Part shown: piece after piece, positions 46,777 to 55,310 of the stretch | How positions within the stretch are numbered: the first letter of the stretch is position 1 | Layout: each line of letters opens with the position of its first letter | Source of the DNA: an uncultured bacterium | GTDB taxonomy: Bacteria > Bacillota > Limnochordia > DTU080 > JAAYLA01 | Direction: 5' to 3' | Length of the DNA stretch: 64,000 bases | Assembly: GCA_937983075.1 (NCBI GenBank) | Contig: CALKAQ010000062.1 | Location: 41,277 to 105,276 of the forward strand | Notes under the pieces: model-generated | What the model was told of the DNA's origin: nothing | The model's database searches: none | Seen by the model: only the letters and a program-made list of their open reading frames with translations | Program-made: the position numbers and the translations under genes

Positions 46777-47475
46777 TCACCTCTGGCGTATGCGGTAACC
46801 AAAACCTCGCACGTTTTCGATATAAGGTGCGTGAATTCCCGCCTTCTTGCTCGCCTGCGCCAGCTTGGTCCGCAGTAAATAGATATACGATTTCACATCT
46901 TCGGCTGTCGCGTCGTCCCTCTCCGGCCAAACGATTTTGCTGATCGTCTCGGTATCGCACACAGCACCGGGTTCTCGACAGAGCAAATGCAAGAGCACAT
47001 ACTCTTTCGGACTGAGGCGCAGCGGGTGGCCTGCGAGCGACACTTCCTTTGCGCGATCGTCGATCGTGAGCGGCCCAACGGTCATTACCGTTCGTTCCGT
47101 TTCCCTCGGTTCGGTGCTGCGGCGACGCAGGACGGCTCGGATGCGGGCTTCAATTTCTTTGAGATCAAACGGCTTGGTCACGTAATCGTCTGCACCTTCT
47201 TCGAGGCCTCGCACTTTGTCCGCCGTTTCACTTCGCACCGTCACCATAATTACCGGCGTATCACATATCCTACGGATTTCAGCCAGCGCTTCCCAACCGT
47301 CCCGCTCGGGCATTTCGACATCGAGCAAAATCATGTCCGGATCATGTTCAATCACTTTGATTACCGCTTCCCGACCGTCCCTTGCCACCGATGTTTGATA
47401 TCCGGCCGCCGTTAAATATTTTTGCAGAAGAGTTGCCGATAACGGGTCATCCTCAGCAATGAGAACTCGAGTCAT
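46777..47475 (-). CDS. OmpR-family response regulator
   Basis: 232 aa with a receiver domain (VLIAEDD, ILLDVEMPERDG, KP) and a winged-helix output domain (..LSPKEYVLLHLL..VRGFGYRI). Confidence 0.92.
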   Translation of the reverse strand: MTRVLIAEDDPLSATLLQKYLTAAGYQTSVARDGREAVIKVIEHDPDMILLDVEMPERDGWEALAEIRRICDTPVIMVTVRSETADKVRGLEEGADDYVTKPFDLKEIEARIRAVLRRRSTEPRETERTVMTVGPLTIDDRAKEVSLAGHPLRLSPKEYVLLHLLCREPGAVCDTETISKIVWPERDDATAEDVKSYIYLLRTKLAQASKKAGIHAPYIENVRGFGYRIRQR

Positions 47476-47478
47476 TCT

Positions 47479-49044
47479 TTAGGATGCCTCCTTGGAAGGT
47501 TCCCCCGTTATATCCACAAGCCCCGGCAAAGTCACCGTAAACGTAGACCCCTTGCCTAATACCGATGTCACTGAAATCTCGCCGCCATGCAAGTCTACAT
47601 AACGTTTGGCTACCGTAAGGCCCAGACCGATTCCTTCCATTCGTCCGGCCGGCTTGTCCGCGCTTCCGTTCCGCGCGCTGGATGCCCCATGATTGCGCAC
47701 CCGTTCAAACGGCTCGAAAATCGTTTCCAATTGATCTGCCGGGATGCCAATGCCCGTGTCGATGACACTTAACCATACCTTGCCATCACCGTTCCTCCCA
47801 CCGCGCAATGTAATCGAGCCGGCTGTCGTATATTGAACGGCATTGCCGATCAAATTGATGAACACTTGACGCAGCCTCGTGCGATCTCCTTGAATGTACA
47901 GAGCATCGGGCATTTCGTCGTGAAACACGATATGGCGTGTCCGAGCAGCAGGACGTACGTGATCCCATGCCTGGCGTGCCAATGCGACGAGGTCGAACGT
48001 TTCAACGTGGTTGGGAGCCTCGTCATGTTCCGACTTAATGAAATGCAAAATGTTTTCAATCAGATCCAGCAAGTGATTGGCTGACGCAAGCATGGCTTCT
48101 ACGTCTTCACGTTGGGCTTCGGTCAGCGGTCCATCCACTTCTTCAAGCAGCAATTGCGCGTAGCCGCGCAGCGCATGCAGCGGGGTTTTCCATTCGTGGC
48201 TCATCGTTGCCAAAAAATCACTTTTCACCTGATCGGCTCTTGCCAGCCGGACATTGGCTCGCTCCAACTGGGCGGTTCTCGATGCGATCGCATCGGCCAT
48301 GCGGTTGAATTCAACCGCCAACTCTTCGAGTTCGTCTCCGGTAGCGATGTCGGCTCGTGCCGACTCATCGCCCCTGGCGAGACGTCGCACCGAATCAAGC
48401 AGGCGATTCAACGGCCCAAAAACCCTTCGGTAAAGCCAAGTCGCGACGATCAACCCGGCCAAGCTGAACAGAAGCGCGATCCACATGGTCGTGTGCACGA
48501 TGTTGCGAATCTGCTCTTGCATCGGTGCGAGCGACAGTCCAAAGCGTACGTAGCTCGGTCCGCTTTCACCCGAAGGCAACGATGTGAAAAAATCGTAGTA
48601 GCGTTCTCCTTCCTTTTCTTTCTCGCGCACCGAGCTGTCGTCGGCAGGTTCTAATTCCAGTGACGGCAGCCAACCCTCTTCGGCAGATGCCACGACTTGC
48701 TCGCCGTCGAGAACCACTTGTACGTACAGCGCCTCATCCAGCATCACGCGATTGGCCAGCACGAGAAGGCGCGTTTCGCGTTCCAGAGGATCGGTTAAGG
48801 CGTCCGCCGCGAGCACATCTCTGGCAAGCTGCTTCAACATGATGCGCCCCCGATCTTTGGTGAGCGCATCGAGCGTATCCGCCATTCGATGAGCCGTCAA
48901 TAACGCAATGCTGGCGCTAAGCACCACCGCAAACGTGACGAGTGCGGCGACAAACCGCGTCCGTATCCCCCATGGTCGTTGAAAAAGTGCCGGCCGCACT
49001 CGTTTACGCCCGGATAGCTTGTCATGGTCGCGCATATGCATCAC
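47479..49044 (-). CDS. sensor histidine kinase (2 TM, periplasmic-type sensor, HAMP, HisKA, HATPase_c)
   Basis: 521 aa with H-box SDFLATMSHEWKTPL, N-box LINLIGNAVQY, and G-boxes DTGIGI and GIGLGL. It lies 4 nt from the response regulator gene. Confidence 0.9.
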   Translation of the reverse strand: MMHMRDHDKLSGRKRVRPALFQRPWGIRTRFVAALVTFAVVLSASIALLTAHRMADTLDALTKDRGRIMLKQLARDVLAADALTDPLERETRLLVLANRVMLDEALYVQVVLDGEQVVASAEEGWLPSLELEPADDSSVREKEKEGERYYDFFTSLPSGESGPSYVRFGLSLAPMQEQIRNIVHTTMWIALLFSLAGLIVATWLYRRVFGPLNRLLDSVRRLARGDESARADIATGDELEELAVEFNRMADAIASRTAQLERANVRLARADQVKSDFLATMSHEWKTPLHALRGYAQLLLEEVDGPLTEAQREDVEAMLASANHLLDLIENILHFIKSEHDEAPNHVETFDLVALARQAWDHVRPAARTRHIVFHDEMPDALYIQGDRTRLRQVFINLIGNAVQYTTAGSITLRGGRNGDGKVWLSVIDTGIGIPADQLETIFEPFERVRNHGASSARNGSADKPAGRMEGIGLGLTVAKRYVDLHGGEISVTSVLGKGSTFTVTLPGLVDITGEPSKEAS

Positions 49045-49113
49045 TACGTCGTTGCCGCAAATTCATGGAAGGAAACACCCCTCGAACACCAAATTTGCTT
49101 TTAAAGGGGGGGA

Positions 49114-49821
49114 ATGAACGGAGAGATAGGCATGCAGCAAATGAAAGCTTTAAAAGCGGTGAGCGCCGTGTTGAACAAGATCAAAAACGCCCGTGGCCGA
49201 TACATCAGCGTCTTGGCAATCTTCGCCTGCTTAATGACGACGATGCACCCCTTGCCGGCAAGAGCAAACCATTCGGCTTCGGCAACGCCTCCTCCGACGC
49301 AGGTGATTACCGAAAACGAAGGCCCTGCAAAGGCACAAGCGACACAAGCTGCAATCGAACGGCAACCCCGCTTTTTATACAGTGTATCAAAGGATTGTAC
49401 ATTGGCATGCTTGGCTAAACACCTCAATTTGCCTGTCACACGCTTAATGACCTACAATAAGGGATCTTATTACACAAGTGATCACGTGTCCGCAGGCACG
49501 CAGCTGTTCATTCCGATTCGGTTTCCCTTGCACCCCGATATGACGGTTCTTAAAGTCGACGTACGAGAGCACCGTTACGTAGCGGCCTACGGATTTCCTG
49601 TTTCATTTTCGCAAGTTGCGGAAATCCAAGCGTGGTATGAAAAGCAATTGCTCGCCTACGGCTACGAAATCATCAGCGGCCAAAACAACGGTGCCGTTCA
49701 TTTTAGCGGCGGTTGGGTCGCTCGCGGCACCGTTGAGTTCTCACCTGGTGATGATGCGCATCCGACGTTGATTGATGTCGCCCTCGTCATTGACGAAAAT
49801 TTCGACAGCTATCGGCATTGA
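49114..49821 (+). CDS. secreted hypothetical protein with LysM-like segment
   Basis: 235 aa with a signal/TM segment (YISVLAIFACLMTTMHPLPARA). It has a LysM-like stretch (YSVSKDCTLACLAKHLNLPVTRLMTYNK..VSAGTQLFIP). The alternative start is ATG 49132. Confidence 0.6.
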   Translation: MNGEIGMQQMKALKAVSAVLNKIKNARGRYISVLAIFACLMTTMHPLPARANHSASATPPPTQVITENEGPAKAQATQAAIERQPRFLYSVSKDCTLACLAKHLNLPVTRLMTYNKGSYYTSDHVSAGTQLFIPIRFPLHPDMTVLKVDVREHRYVAAYGFPVSFSQVAEIQAWYEKQLLAYGYEIISGQNNGAVHFSGGWVARGTVEFSPGDDAHPTLIDVALVIDENFDSYRH

Positions 49822-49850
49822 GCCGCAGGGACTAGACGAGACATACGTCA

Positions 49851-49884
49851 ACGAAGCGAAGCGGCCTAAGCCGCTCCGCTTCGT
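49851..49884. terminator. bidirectional hairpin between convergent genes
   Basis: ACGAAGCGAAGCGGC-CTAA-GCCGCTCCGCTTCGT, a stem of about 14 bp with one mismatch, between stops at 49821 (+) and 49891 (-). The U-tract is weak (GTCTTCGTTC). Confidence 0.5.
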
Positions 49885-49890
49885 CTTCGT

Positions 49891-50172
49891 TCATGGAAGG
49901 TCGTATGGCAGGTTGTCGTCTTCCGCTTCGTCTTCCGGCGCCGACACTTCGTTAGGCGATTCAGCACCAGGTAGTTCGTTATCGGCCTCATCCGATGGCG
50001 GGGGTTCAATTGCAGAAGGGGGGATGCTGTTTTCCATCAAACTTTCAGGTTCAGCGGGGCCCAGGTCCTCATCCTTCGCCCCACAGCCTGCCGCAACGAC
50101 TGCAGCGACCAACAACAGCACAACTGGTGCGATTGCCCGCTGCTGCTTCAACCTTCGCATCACTGAGATCAT
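49891..50172 (-). CDS. small acidic lipoprotein
   Basis: 93 aa with lipobox LVAAVVAAGC after a basic N-terminus. The mature part is very Asp/Glu/Pro-rich. Confidence 0.6.
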   Translation of the reverse strand: MISVMRRLKQQRAIAPVVLLLVAAVVAAGCGAKDEDLGPAEPESLMENSIPPSAIEPPPSDEADNELPGAESPNEVSAPEDEAEDDNLPYDLP

Positions 50173-50233
50173 CCCCTTGCATCATCAGGTATGCCTCACG
50201 CATGCCCTGCCGTCGCCCTGCCCATCCGTTGCT

Positions 50234-50833
50234 TCAGGCGTCTGTTGGGTCAGCAATCAGGTCTTGCAACAGCTTCAGCGCTTCGGTGATTTGCCTTTCG
50301 GCTGCCGTCAACACTTCACCGTCCACGTCTTCCTGCAGGAGCAAGTTCCTGGCAAGGAGCAACCGTAAGAGCGCCTCGGTTTCAGCGGTTTCGTCGCCTT
50401 CTTCAACAAGCGCCGCGAGATCAACGTCGGCAAAGTCTTCCTTCTTTGCGCCCGCGATCGCTTCGACATAAGCAATAGCCCCTTCACCGTATTTGATCGA
50501 TGCCAGGGCGTATTCTTCGTCAAAATGTTCGTCTTCCGGACCTACCAGAAGGTTCACGACATACGCCGCAATGACCGACCATTCAGCAGGGGCGGCCTCT
50601 GCCAAGACTTCCTCGCGCAATTCCATTTGCGCCAGAGTGAGAAGTTTGACCGAGGCTTCCAATGGGTTGACCGCTTCGGCCTCCATCATAGTTGCCAACT
50701 CGTCAATGATTTCGAGCTGCTCAACATCATACTCTGCCGCGATCGCGTTCAAGGAGCCAATCGGGCCGAGAAGCGATGCGCTTACAAGTGCTAGTGCGAT
50801 GACGGGTACGAACCGACGCTGCATGAGAGTCAT
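50234..50833 (-). CDS. secreted acidic helical hypothetical protein
   Basis: Start at ATG 50833 (SD GAAGGAGGA 6 nt upstream) gives MTLMQRRFVPVIALALVSASLLGPIGSLNAIAA, a signal peptide. The rest is Glu/Ala/Leu-rich. Confidence 0.6.
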   Translation of the reverse strand: MTLMQRRFVPVIALALVSASLLGPIGSLNAIAAEYDVEQLEIIDELATMMEAEAVNPLEASVKLLTLAQMELREEVLAEAAPAEWSVIAAYVVNLLVGPEDEHFDEEYALASIKYGEGAIAYVEAIAGAKKEDFADVDLAALVEEGDETAETEALLRLLLARNLLLQEDVDGEVLTAAERQITEALKLLQDLIADPTDA

Positions 50834-50990
50834 GGCTTTTCCTCCTTCTACGGTCTCTATGCCCATGGTGTACATCGGTGGGCGATGCGTTCCTGCGACG
50901 GCAGCGCTGGAGCATGCTCTCCGATGCCATCGTAAAGCTCTTGGCGTTCCGGCACCATAGAAGGCGGGTCATAAAACAGTGGAAAATAGG

Positions 50991-52826
50991 TCAAAAGAAC
51001 ACGGCCCGAATCAAGAGGATGCTCGCCGTCATGACCACAAAGAACAAGGGAAGGCCAACCCGTACGAAATCGACAAACCGATAGTTGCCCGGCCCTATCA
51101 CCAATGCGTTCACCGGCGACGAAACCGGCGTGATGAAGGCAGCCGACGCAGCGAGCGCGACCGTCATGCCAAACGCTTGCGGCGGCAATCCGAGTTCAGT
51201 GGCAAGCGCAATAGCAACGGGTGCCATCAGTACAGCGGTTGCCGTGTTCGATATAAAGAGACCGAGAATGGCGGTAACGGCATACACCGCAATCAGCATG
51301 ATCATGGGATCGGCATCGCCCATGGCGCCAAGGAGCGCCTGCACCGCCAAATCGACGCCTCCGGTATTTTGCAATGCGATCGAAAACGGCAGCATACCGA
51401 CGATTAAAAACAGCGTGGGCCACTGAATCGCTCGATACACCGTATTGATGTCGATACAGCGGAAAAGTCCGAGCAGCAGGCACCCGATGAGCGCGGCTTG
51501 CACGTTTGGCACAGCTCCTGTCACCATCAATGCGATGACAACCGCCAAGGACGCGATCGCCAAAGGAGCCCGCGCCGGCAATGCAATGACATCGTCCAGC
51601 TCAGCAGGCATATTGAGCACGATGATTTCCCGTGGGTCGGACCGCAACCGCTTAATCGCCTTCCATGGCCCGGCTACGAGCAGCGTGTCTCCGAGCCGAA
51701 ACACCACATCCTGCAGCGATTCGGTTATGGGGGTTTTGCCCCGCTTGATCCCGACAATGGAGAGCTTATAAGTAGTGCGAAAACCTGCAGTGATCGCGGT
51801 TTTCCCAATCAAGCCCGATTCAGCCGGAATTATGAGTTCAACCATGCCCACGGTTTGCGAGGCGTCCGTCAAATAATCATCCGACATGGGCAATTCGAAT
51901 AGGTCGAAACGTTGACACAGACCGTCCAAACCCGCAGGTGGCTCCTTGAAATCGACGAAAAGGACATCACCTGCTTCCAACACGGTTTCTGCCGACGGCT
52001 CCACAATTTGCGCAGCAAAACGGCGTTGTCGTTCGATGGCGAGGACATTCATGCCGTGCTCTGAGCGAAGCTGCAGTTCTCTCAGCCGCTTCCCTACCCA
52101 AGGTGATCTCACACCAATGCGGAGGCGGTATTCCCGCCCGGTGAGGCCATATTCCTCTACCCATTGTGATAAGCGAGGCTTTCGAGCCTTTTCCTTCGTT
52201 TCTTCCGCCGGCTTCCTCCGAGAGAGCCAGTGGCGGGTCATAATCATGTAAATTACGGCAACGATGAGAATCGGCACACCAAATACGGTGAACGAAAAAA
52301 ACTGAAAGCCTTCGTATCCGGCACGTACCAGTTGGCTATGCACAACAAGATTCGGCGGTGTTCCGATGAGTGTCATCATCCCGCTAATCAACGCACCCAC
52401 ACTGAGGGGCATCATCAACTTTCCCGGAGCGATGCCGGTGTTTCGGGCGATACGCAACACCGCCGGAATAAAAATGGCGACGACACCGGTTGAACTCATC
52501 ACGGACCCGATGGTGGCGACAACTACCATCAAAAATGCGATCAACCGCGTTTCGCTGTTCCCAGCACGCCGCACCAAAGCATCGCCAAGCCGCTGGGCGA
52601 CGCCTGTACGCACAAGCCCTTCCCCGATCACAAACAGGGCGCCAATGAGCACGATATTTGGATCGCTCAATCCGGAGAGGGCATCGGAAACGGAAATCAC
52701 CCCGGTGAGCGGCAGCAAAGTCATCATGATCAGGGCCACTGCGTCCATGCGCGGCCGATTCAACATAAACATGACGATGGTTGCCGTCAGAAGCAGTGAA
52801 ACAATAGCGAGTTCCCAAGTCATCAA
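50991..52826 (-). CDS. SLC13/DASS-type permease with two central TrkA-C (RCK_C) domains
   Basis: 611 aa with two multi-TM halves (..SSTGVVAIFIPA.., ..SNTATAVLMAPVAI..). They flank two TrkA-C-like repeats (RLRIGVRSPWVGKRLRELQL.., ELIIPAESGLIGKTAI..). Confidence 0.82.
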   Translation of the reverse strand: MMTWELAIVSLLLTATIVMFMLNRPRMDAVALIMMTLLPLTGVISVSDALSGLSDPNIVLIGALFVIGEGLVRTGVAQRLGDALVRRAGNSETRLIAFLMVVVATIGSVMSSTGVVAIFIPAVLRIARNTGIAPGKLMMPLSVGALISGMMTLIGTPPNLVVHSQLVRAGYEGFQFFSFTVFGVPILIVAVIYMIMTRHWLSRRKPAEETKEKARKPRLSQWVEEYGLTGREYRLRIGVRSPWVGKRLRELQLRSEHGMNVLAIERQRRFAAQIVEPSAETVLEAGDVLFVDFKEPPAGLDGLCQRFDLFELPMSDDYLTDASQTVGMVELIIPAESGLIGKTAITAGFRTTYKLSIVGIKRGKTPITESLQDVVFRLGDTLLVAGPWKAIKRLRSDPREIIVLNMPAELDDVIALPARAPLAIASLAVVIALMVTGAVPNVQAALIGCLLLGLFRCIDINTVYRAIQWPTLFLIVGMLPFSIALQNTGGVDLAVQALLGAMGDADPMIMLIAVYAVTAILGLFISNTATAVLMAPVAIALATELGLPPQAFGMTVALAASAAFITPVSSPVNALVIGPGNYRFVDFVRVGLPLFFVVMTASILLIRAVFF

Positions 52827-52909
52827 CGCTTCAATCGTTCCAATCTTGGCAGCCCTTAGGTGCCGATATTTTGTCCGACATGTGACTTCAATATCTTGTG
52901 CCTACACCG

Positions 52910-53305
52910 TTACTGAATGTAAATCCGGTACGACGTGATTTCTTTTATTTTAGCCTTCTTGCCGAAACCGCTGAATCGATAGACATCGCAATACTCCATG
53001 CGGCTGCCGTCTTGCATGATGACTGTAGCATTTGCCGCAGCCGTATTGCCGTGAGTAATGATATGGTGGATACGCAACTCCGTGGGTTGACCCGCACGAT
53101 CGTTGGCCATTTGCGCACGAATAGCTTCGATGCCAACATGGCGTGGACCGCCGACAACAACCCTCACGGCTTCGTCAGCCAGTTGGTCAAGGAACTTCTG
53201 TCCGCGATCTCCCCAGTAATCAATGCTTATTTCCTTTATCAGCAACTTTTTCGGAGCGTTCCCGCAATCTTCGACGCACTCAACTAGCAACGATTTCGCC
53301 TCCAT
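52910..53305 (-). CDS. NTF2-like (SnoaL-type) small protein
   Basis: 131 aa whose length and alpha+beta cone pattern fit the family (..IHHIITHGNTAAANATVIMQDGSRMEYCDVYRF..). The assignment is low-specificity. Confidence 0.5.
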   Translation of the reverse strand: MEAKSLLVECVEDCGNAPKKLLIKEISIDYWGDRGQKFLDQLADEAVRVVVGGPRHVGIEAIRAQMANDRAGQPTELRIHHIITHGNTAAANATVIMQDGSRMEYCDVYRFSGFGKKAKIKEITSYRIYIQ

Positions 53306-53320
53306 ATATTAGGACAAGCG

Positions 53321-53845
53321 CTACACCTCAGCCAGCTCTTTCTGTGCGATAATCATGTCAACCACATCAGCCACCGAATGTTCCGAGTTGTCTATCCACA
53401 AACCGATGTTCTGGAGTTCGGCGCGAATAATTTCGTCAAGATGAGCCCATAGATGCGCCACGGTCTTCTCCGGCCGATTTTTATCCCTTTGCAAGGCAAC
53501 TTCAACCGGGGGACCGAGGGTGACCAGACGAACTTTATAACCGTCAAGGTGTCGTCGGTACTCTTCTACACGATCCCGACTGACAACGACGTAATCAAGT
53601 ACGGGAGTGAAGCCGTCTTGTGCAAATGATTGAGCGAGCAGACACTGGTTGCGCACATTCAGATGAATTTGGCGCTCCGCTTCGTCATCCGGTTCTCCTC
53701 CGGGCCAAACACCTCCTGTCACAATGAATTCTTGCAAGCGATCTCCTTCAATATGAACACCTTTCTCAAAACGAGCAGCCAGTGCGTGAGCTGTCGTCGA
53801 TTTGCCTGAACCTGGAATGCCATTGATGATCCAAACGTCTCTCAT
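53321..53845 (-). CDS. P-loop kinase (AAA_33 / phosphotransferase-like)
   Basis: 174 aa with WIINGIPGSGKST (Walker A). Its size and layout resemble small-molecule/nucleotide kinases. SD AGGGGGG lies upstream. Confidence 0.65.
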   Translation of the reverse strand: MRDVWIINGIPGSGKSTTAHALAARFEKGVHIEGDRLQEFIVTGGVWPGGEPDDEAERQIHLNVRNQCLLAQSFAQDGFTPVLDYVVVSRDRVEEYRRHLDGYKVRLVTLGPPVEVALQRDKNRPEKTVAHLWAHLDEIIRAELQNIGLWIDNSEHSVADVVDMIIAQKELAEV

Positions 53846-54178
53846 CGAACAATTACCCCCCTACACAGAAGAAGCGCCCTCGGCCGTTCGCCCAACGTCT
53901 TGATACACAAGCGTTCCTGACTATGCTTCCGCTTTTCGCCCCATATTTTTGGATACCCTTTATAAAATCATCCGGCACATACTTTGATCAAGGTGAGGTC
54001 TGTGGTTCGATTCACTTGTACAATAAGCTGGGAAGGTGAAGGAATGGGGAAGGTTTTGAACTTGTTGCGGCGCTATTGGCTATTTAGGATAATCAAGCCC
54101 ATGGCAAAGCAGGCGGCACACATGATGAGCGCCCCTTTCTTTGCCGATTGACTCTGTGCTGATATCGAGCGAAGACGT

Positions 54179-55039
54179 CTAACCCGACATAAGATCGTCC
54201 AAAGCCTGATCCAAGGACTCGAGCAGCTTCTTTTCCTGGAGTTCTGCCCAGGCACGCTGCGCCTGTACCCGCCGCAGGTATTCCCGGTACTTTAAGTTGC
54301 TTTTCCGTACATCTTCATGAAGATCTTTAAGATGGTACCTCGGCACTTCATCCGGCACGCAGTGGATGATGATGTAATTCCCTTCGATCCAAGCGCGGCG
54401 CCACCTGGAGTGTCTGGGAAACCGCCGTTCGGCTTCGAAAATTTGTATCCACTTTTCCGGGGGAGCGGATGAGATTTCCAGATAGACGTGGAAGAGGAGT
54501 TTGTCCGGATCGGGACGATACGTCTTGTCCTTGGCAATCCCGACGATGCGGATGTCTTCGAAATCTTCGAGATGAGAAACATGCGGCGTCCCTTCGGAAG
54601 GAACCCACTCCGGCATCTTAAGTGATGATTCACACACTGTCATGGCGGGGCAGAGTATTTGCAGCAGTTGTGCCAACGACCGGTCGAAAGCGGAGGGATC
54701 TGTGAAGTCGGCGTAGATTCTATCTTTCAGAAACAAGGGGATGTCACACGGTTCAAGCAAAATGGGAAGCACTTTGATTCGGCGCCCGGCAATTTCCTCG
54801 GTGATGGCAAGGAAGAGTTCTTTTTGAACCCACCTCGATTGCACCGAGTTGCGTGAGAGGATGACCGCTACGAAATCCACTGTTTCAAATGCCTGGCTTA
54901 TCCTCTCGATGAGCGAGTCGCCGATCCCGAGTTCCGCATCATCTATCCAAACATCGACACCGTATTTTTTCAGACTGTCAGCTAGCTTTCGCGCAAAGAA
55001 CTTGTCCTTCCAACTGTGGCTCAGAAACACCGCGGGCAT
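54179..55039 (-). CDS. TIR-domain protein with uncharacterised C-terminal domain
   Basis: ATG 55039 (SD AAGGGGGA 7 nt upstream) gives 286 aa. The N-terminal ~135 aa are TIR-like (MPAVFLSHSWKDKFFARKLADSLKKYGVDVWIDDAELGIGDSL...FVAVILSRNSVQSRWVQKELFLAI...KVLPILLEP). The C-terminal ~150 aa are unassigned. The track ORF start at 55108 is an extension. Confidence 0.8.
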   Translation of the reverse strand: MPAVFLSHSWKDKFFARKLADSLKKYGVDVWIDDAELGIGDSLIERISQAFETVDFVAVILSRNSVQSRWVQKELFLAITEEIAGRRIKVLPILLEPCDIPLFLKDRIYADFTDPSAFDRSLAQLLQILCPAMTVCESSLKMPEWVPSEGTPHVSHLEDFEDIRIVGIAKDKTYRPDPDKLLFHVYLEISSAPPEKWIQIFEAERRFPRHSRWRRAWIEGNYIIIHCVPDEVPRYHLKDLHEDVRKSNLKYREYLRRVQAQRAWAELQEKKLLESLDQALDDLMSG

Positions 55040-55104
55040 TGCTCTTCCCCCTTTGAAAGCCGACGTTAGTCGTATAAAGCCTGCAGGGATTCTCCTTTGC
55101 CGTC

Positions 55105-55251
55105 TCACTTGATCGATGACAGCGTCACCGCACAGCCTCGCGATGACTTCGACTGTTCCAGCGCGTCAAAACCACCTCCACAAAATCTAAAATTTAAAAC
55201 AATAGAACCTCCCTTCTCCAACACCACTTGTTTAATGAATATTTTTTTCAC
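55105..55251 (-). CDS. 48-codon ORF with strong SD (possible HesB/IscA-like fragment or leader peptide)
   Basis: Not in the track (under 60 aa). AGGAGG (55262-55257), 5 nt, then GTG 55251. Hand translation gives MKKIFIKQVVLEKGGSIVLNFRFCGGGFDALEQSKSSRGCAVTLSSIK. The DNA is AT-rich. It ends 65 nt before the TIR start. Confidence 0.35.
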   Translation of the reverse strand: MKKIFIKQVVLEKGGSIVLNFRFCGGGFDALEQSKSSRGCAVTLSSIK

Positions 55252-55310
55252 GCCTGCCTCCTTCTTCCTTTCGGACGAGCGACCTAAGATGAATAGTCCA
55301 ATGGTCCGCC

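Noticed and set aside
54073-54255. A 60-aa minus-strand track ORF overlaps the TIR 3' end.
   Set aside because: It is out of frame with the TIR gene and mostly inside it. Only 16 codons (MCAACFAMGLIILNSQ) lie beyond the TIR stop, and they have no SD.
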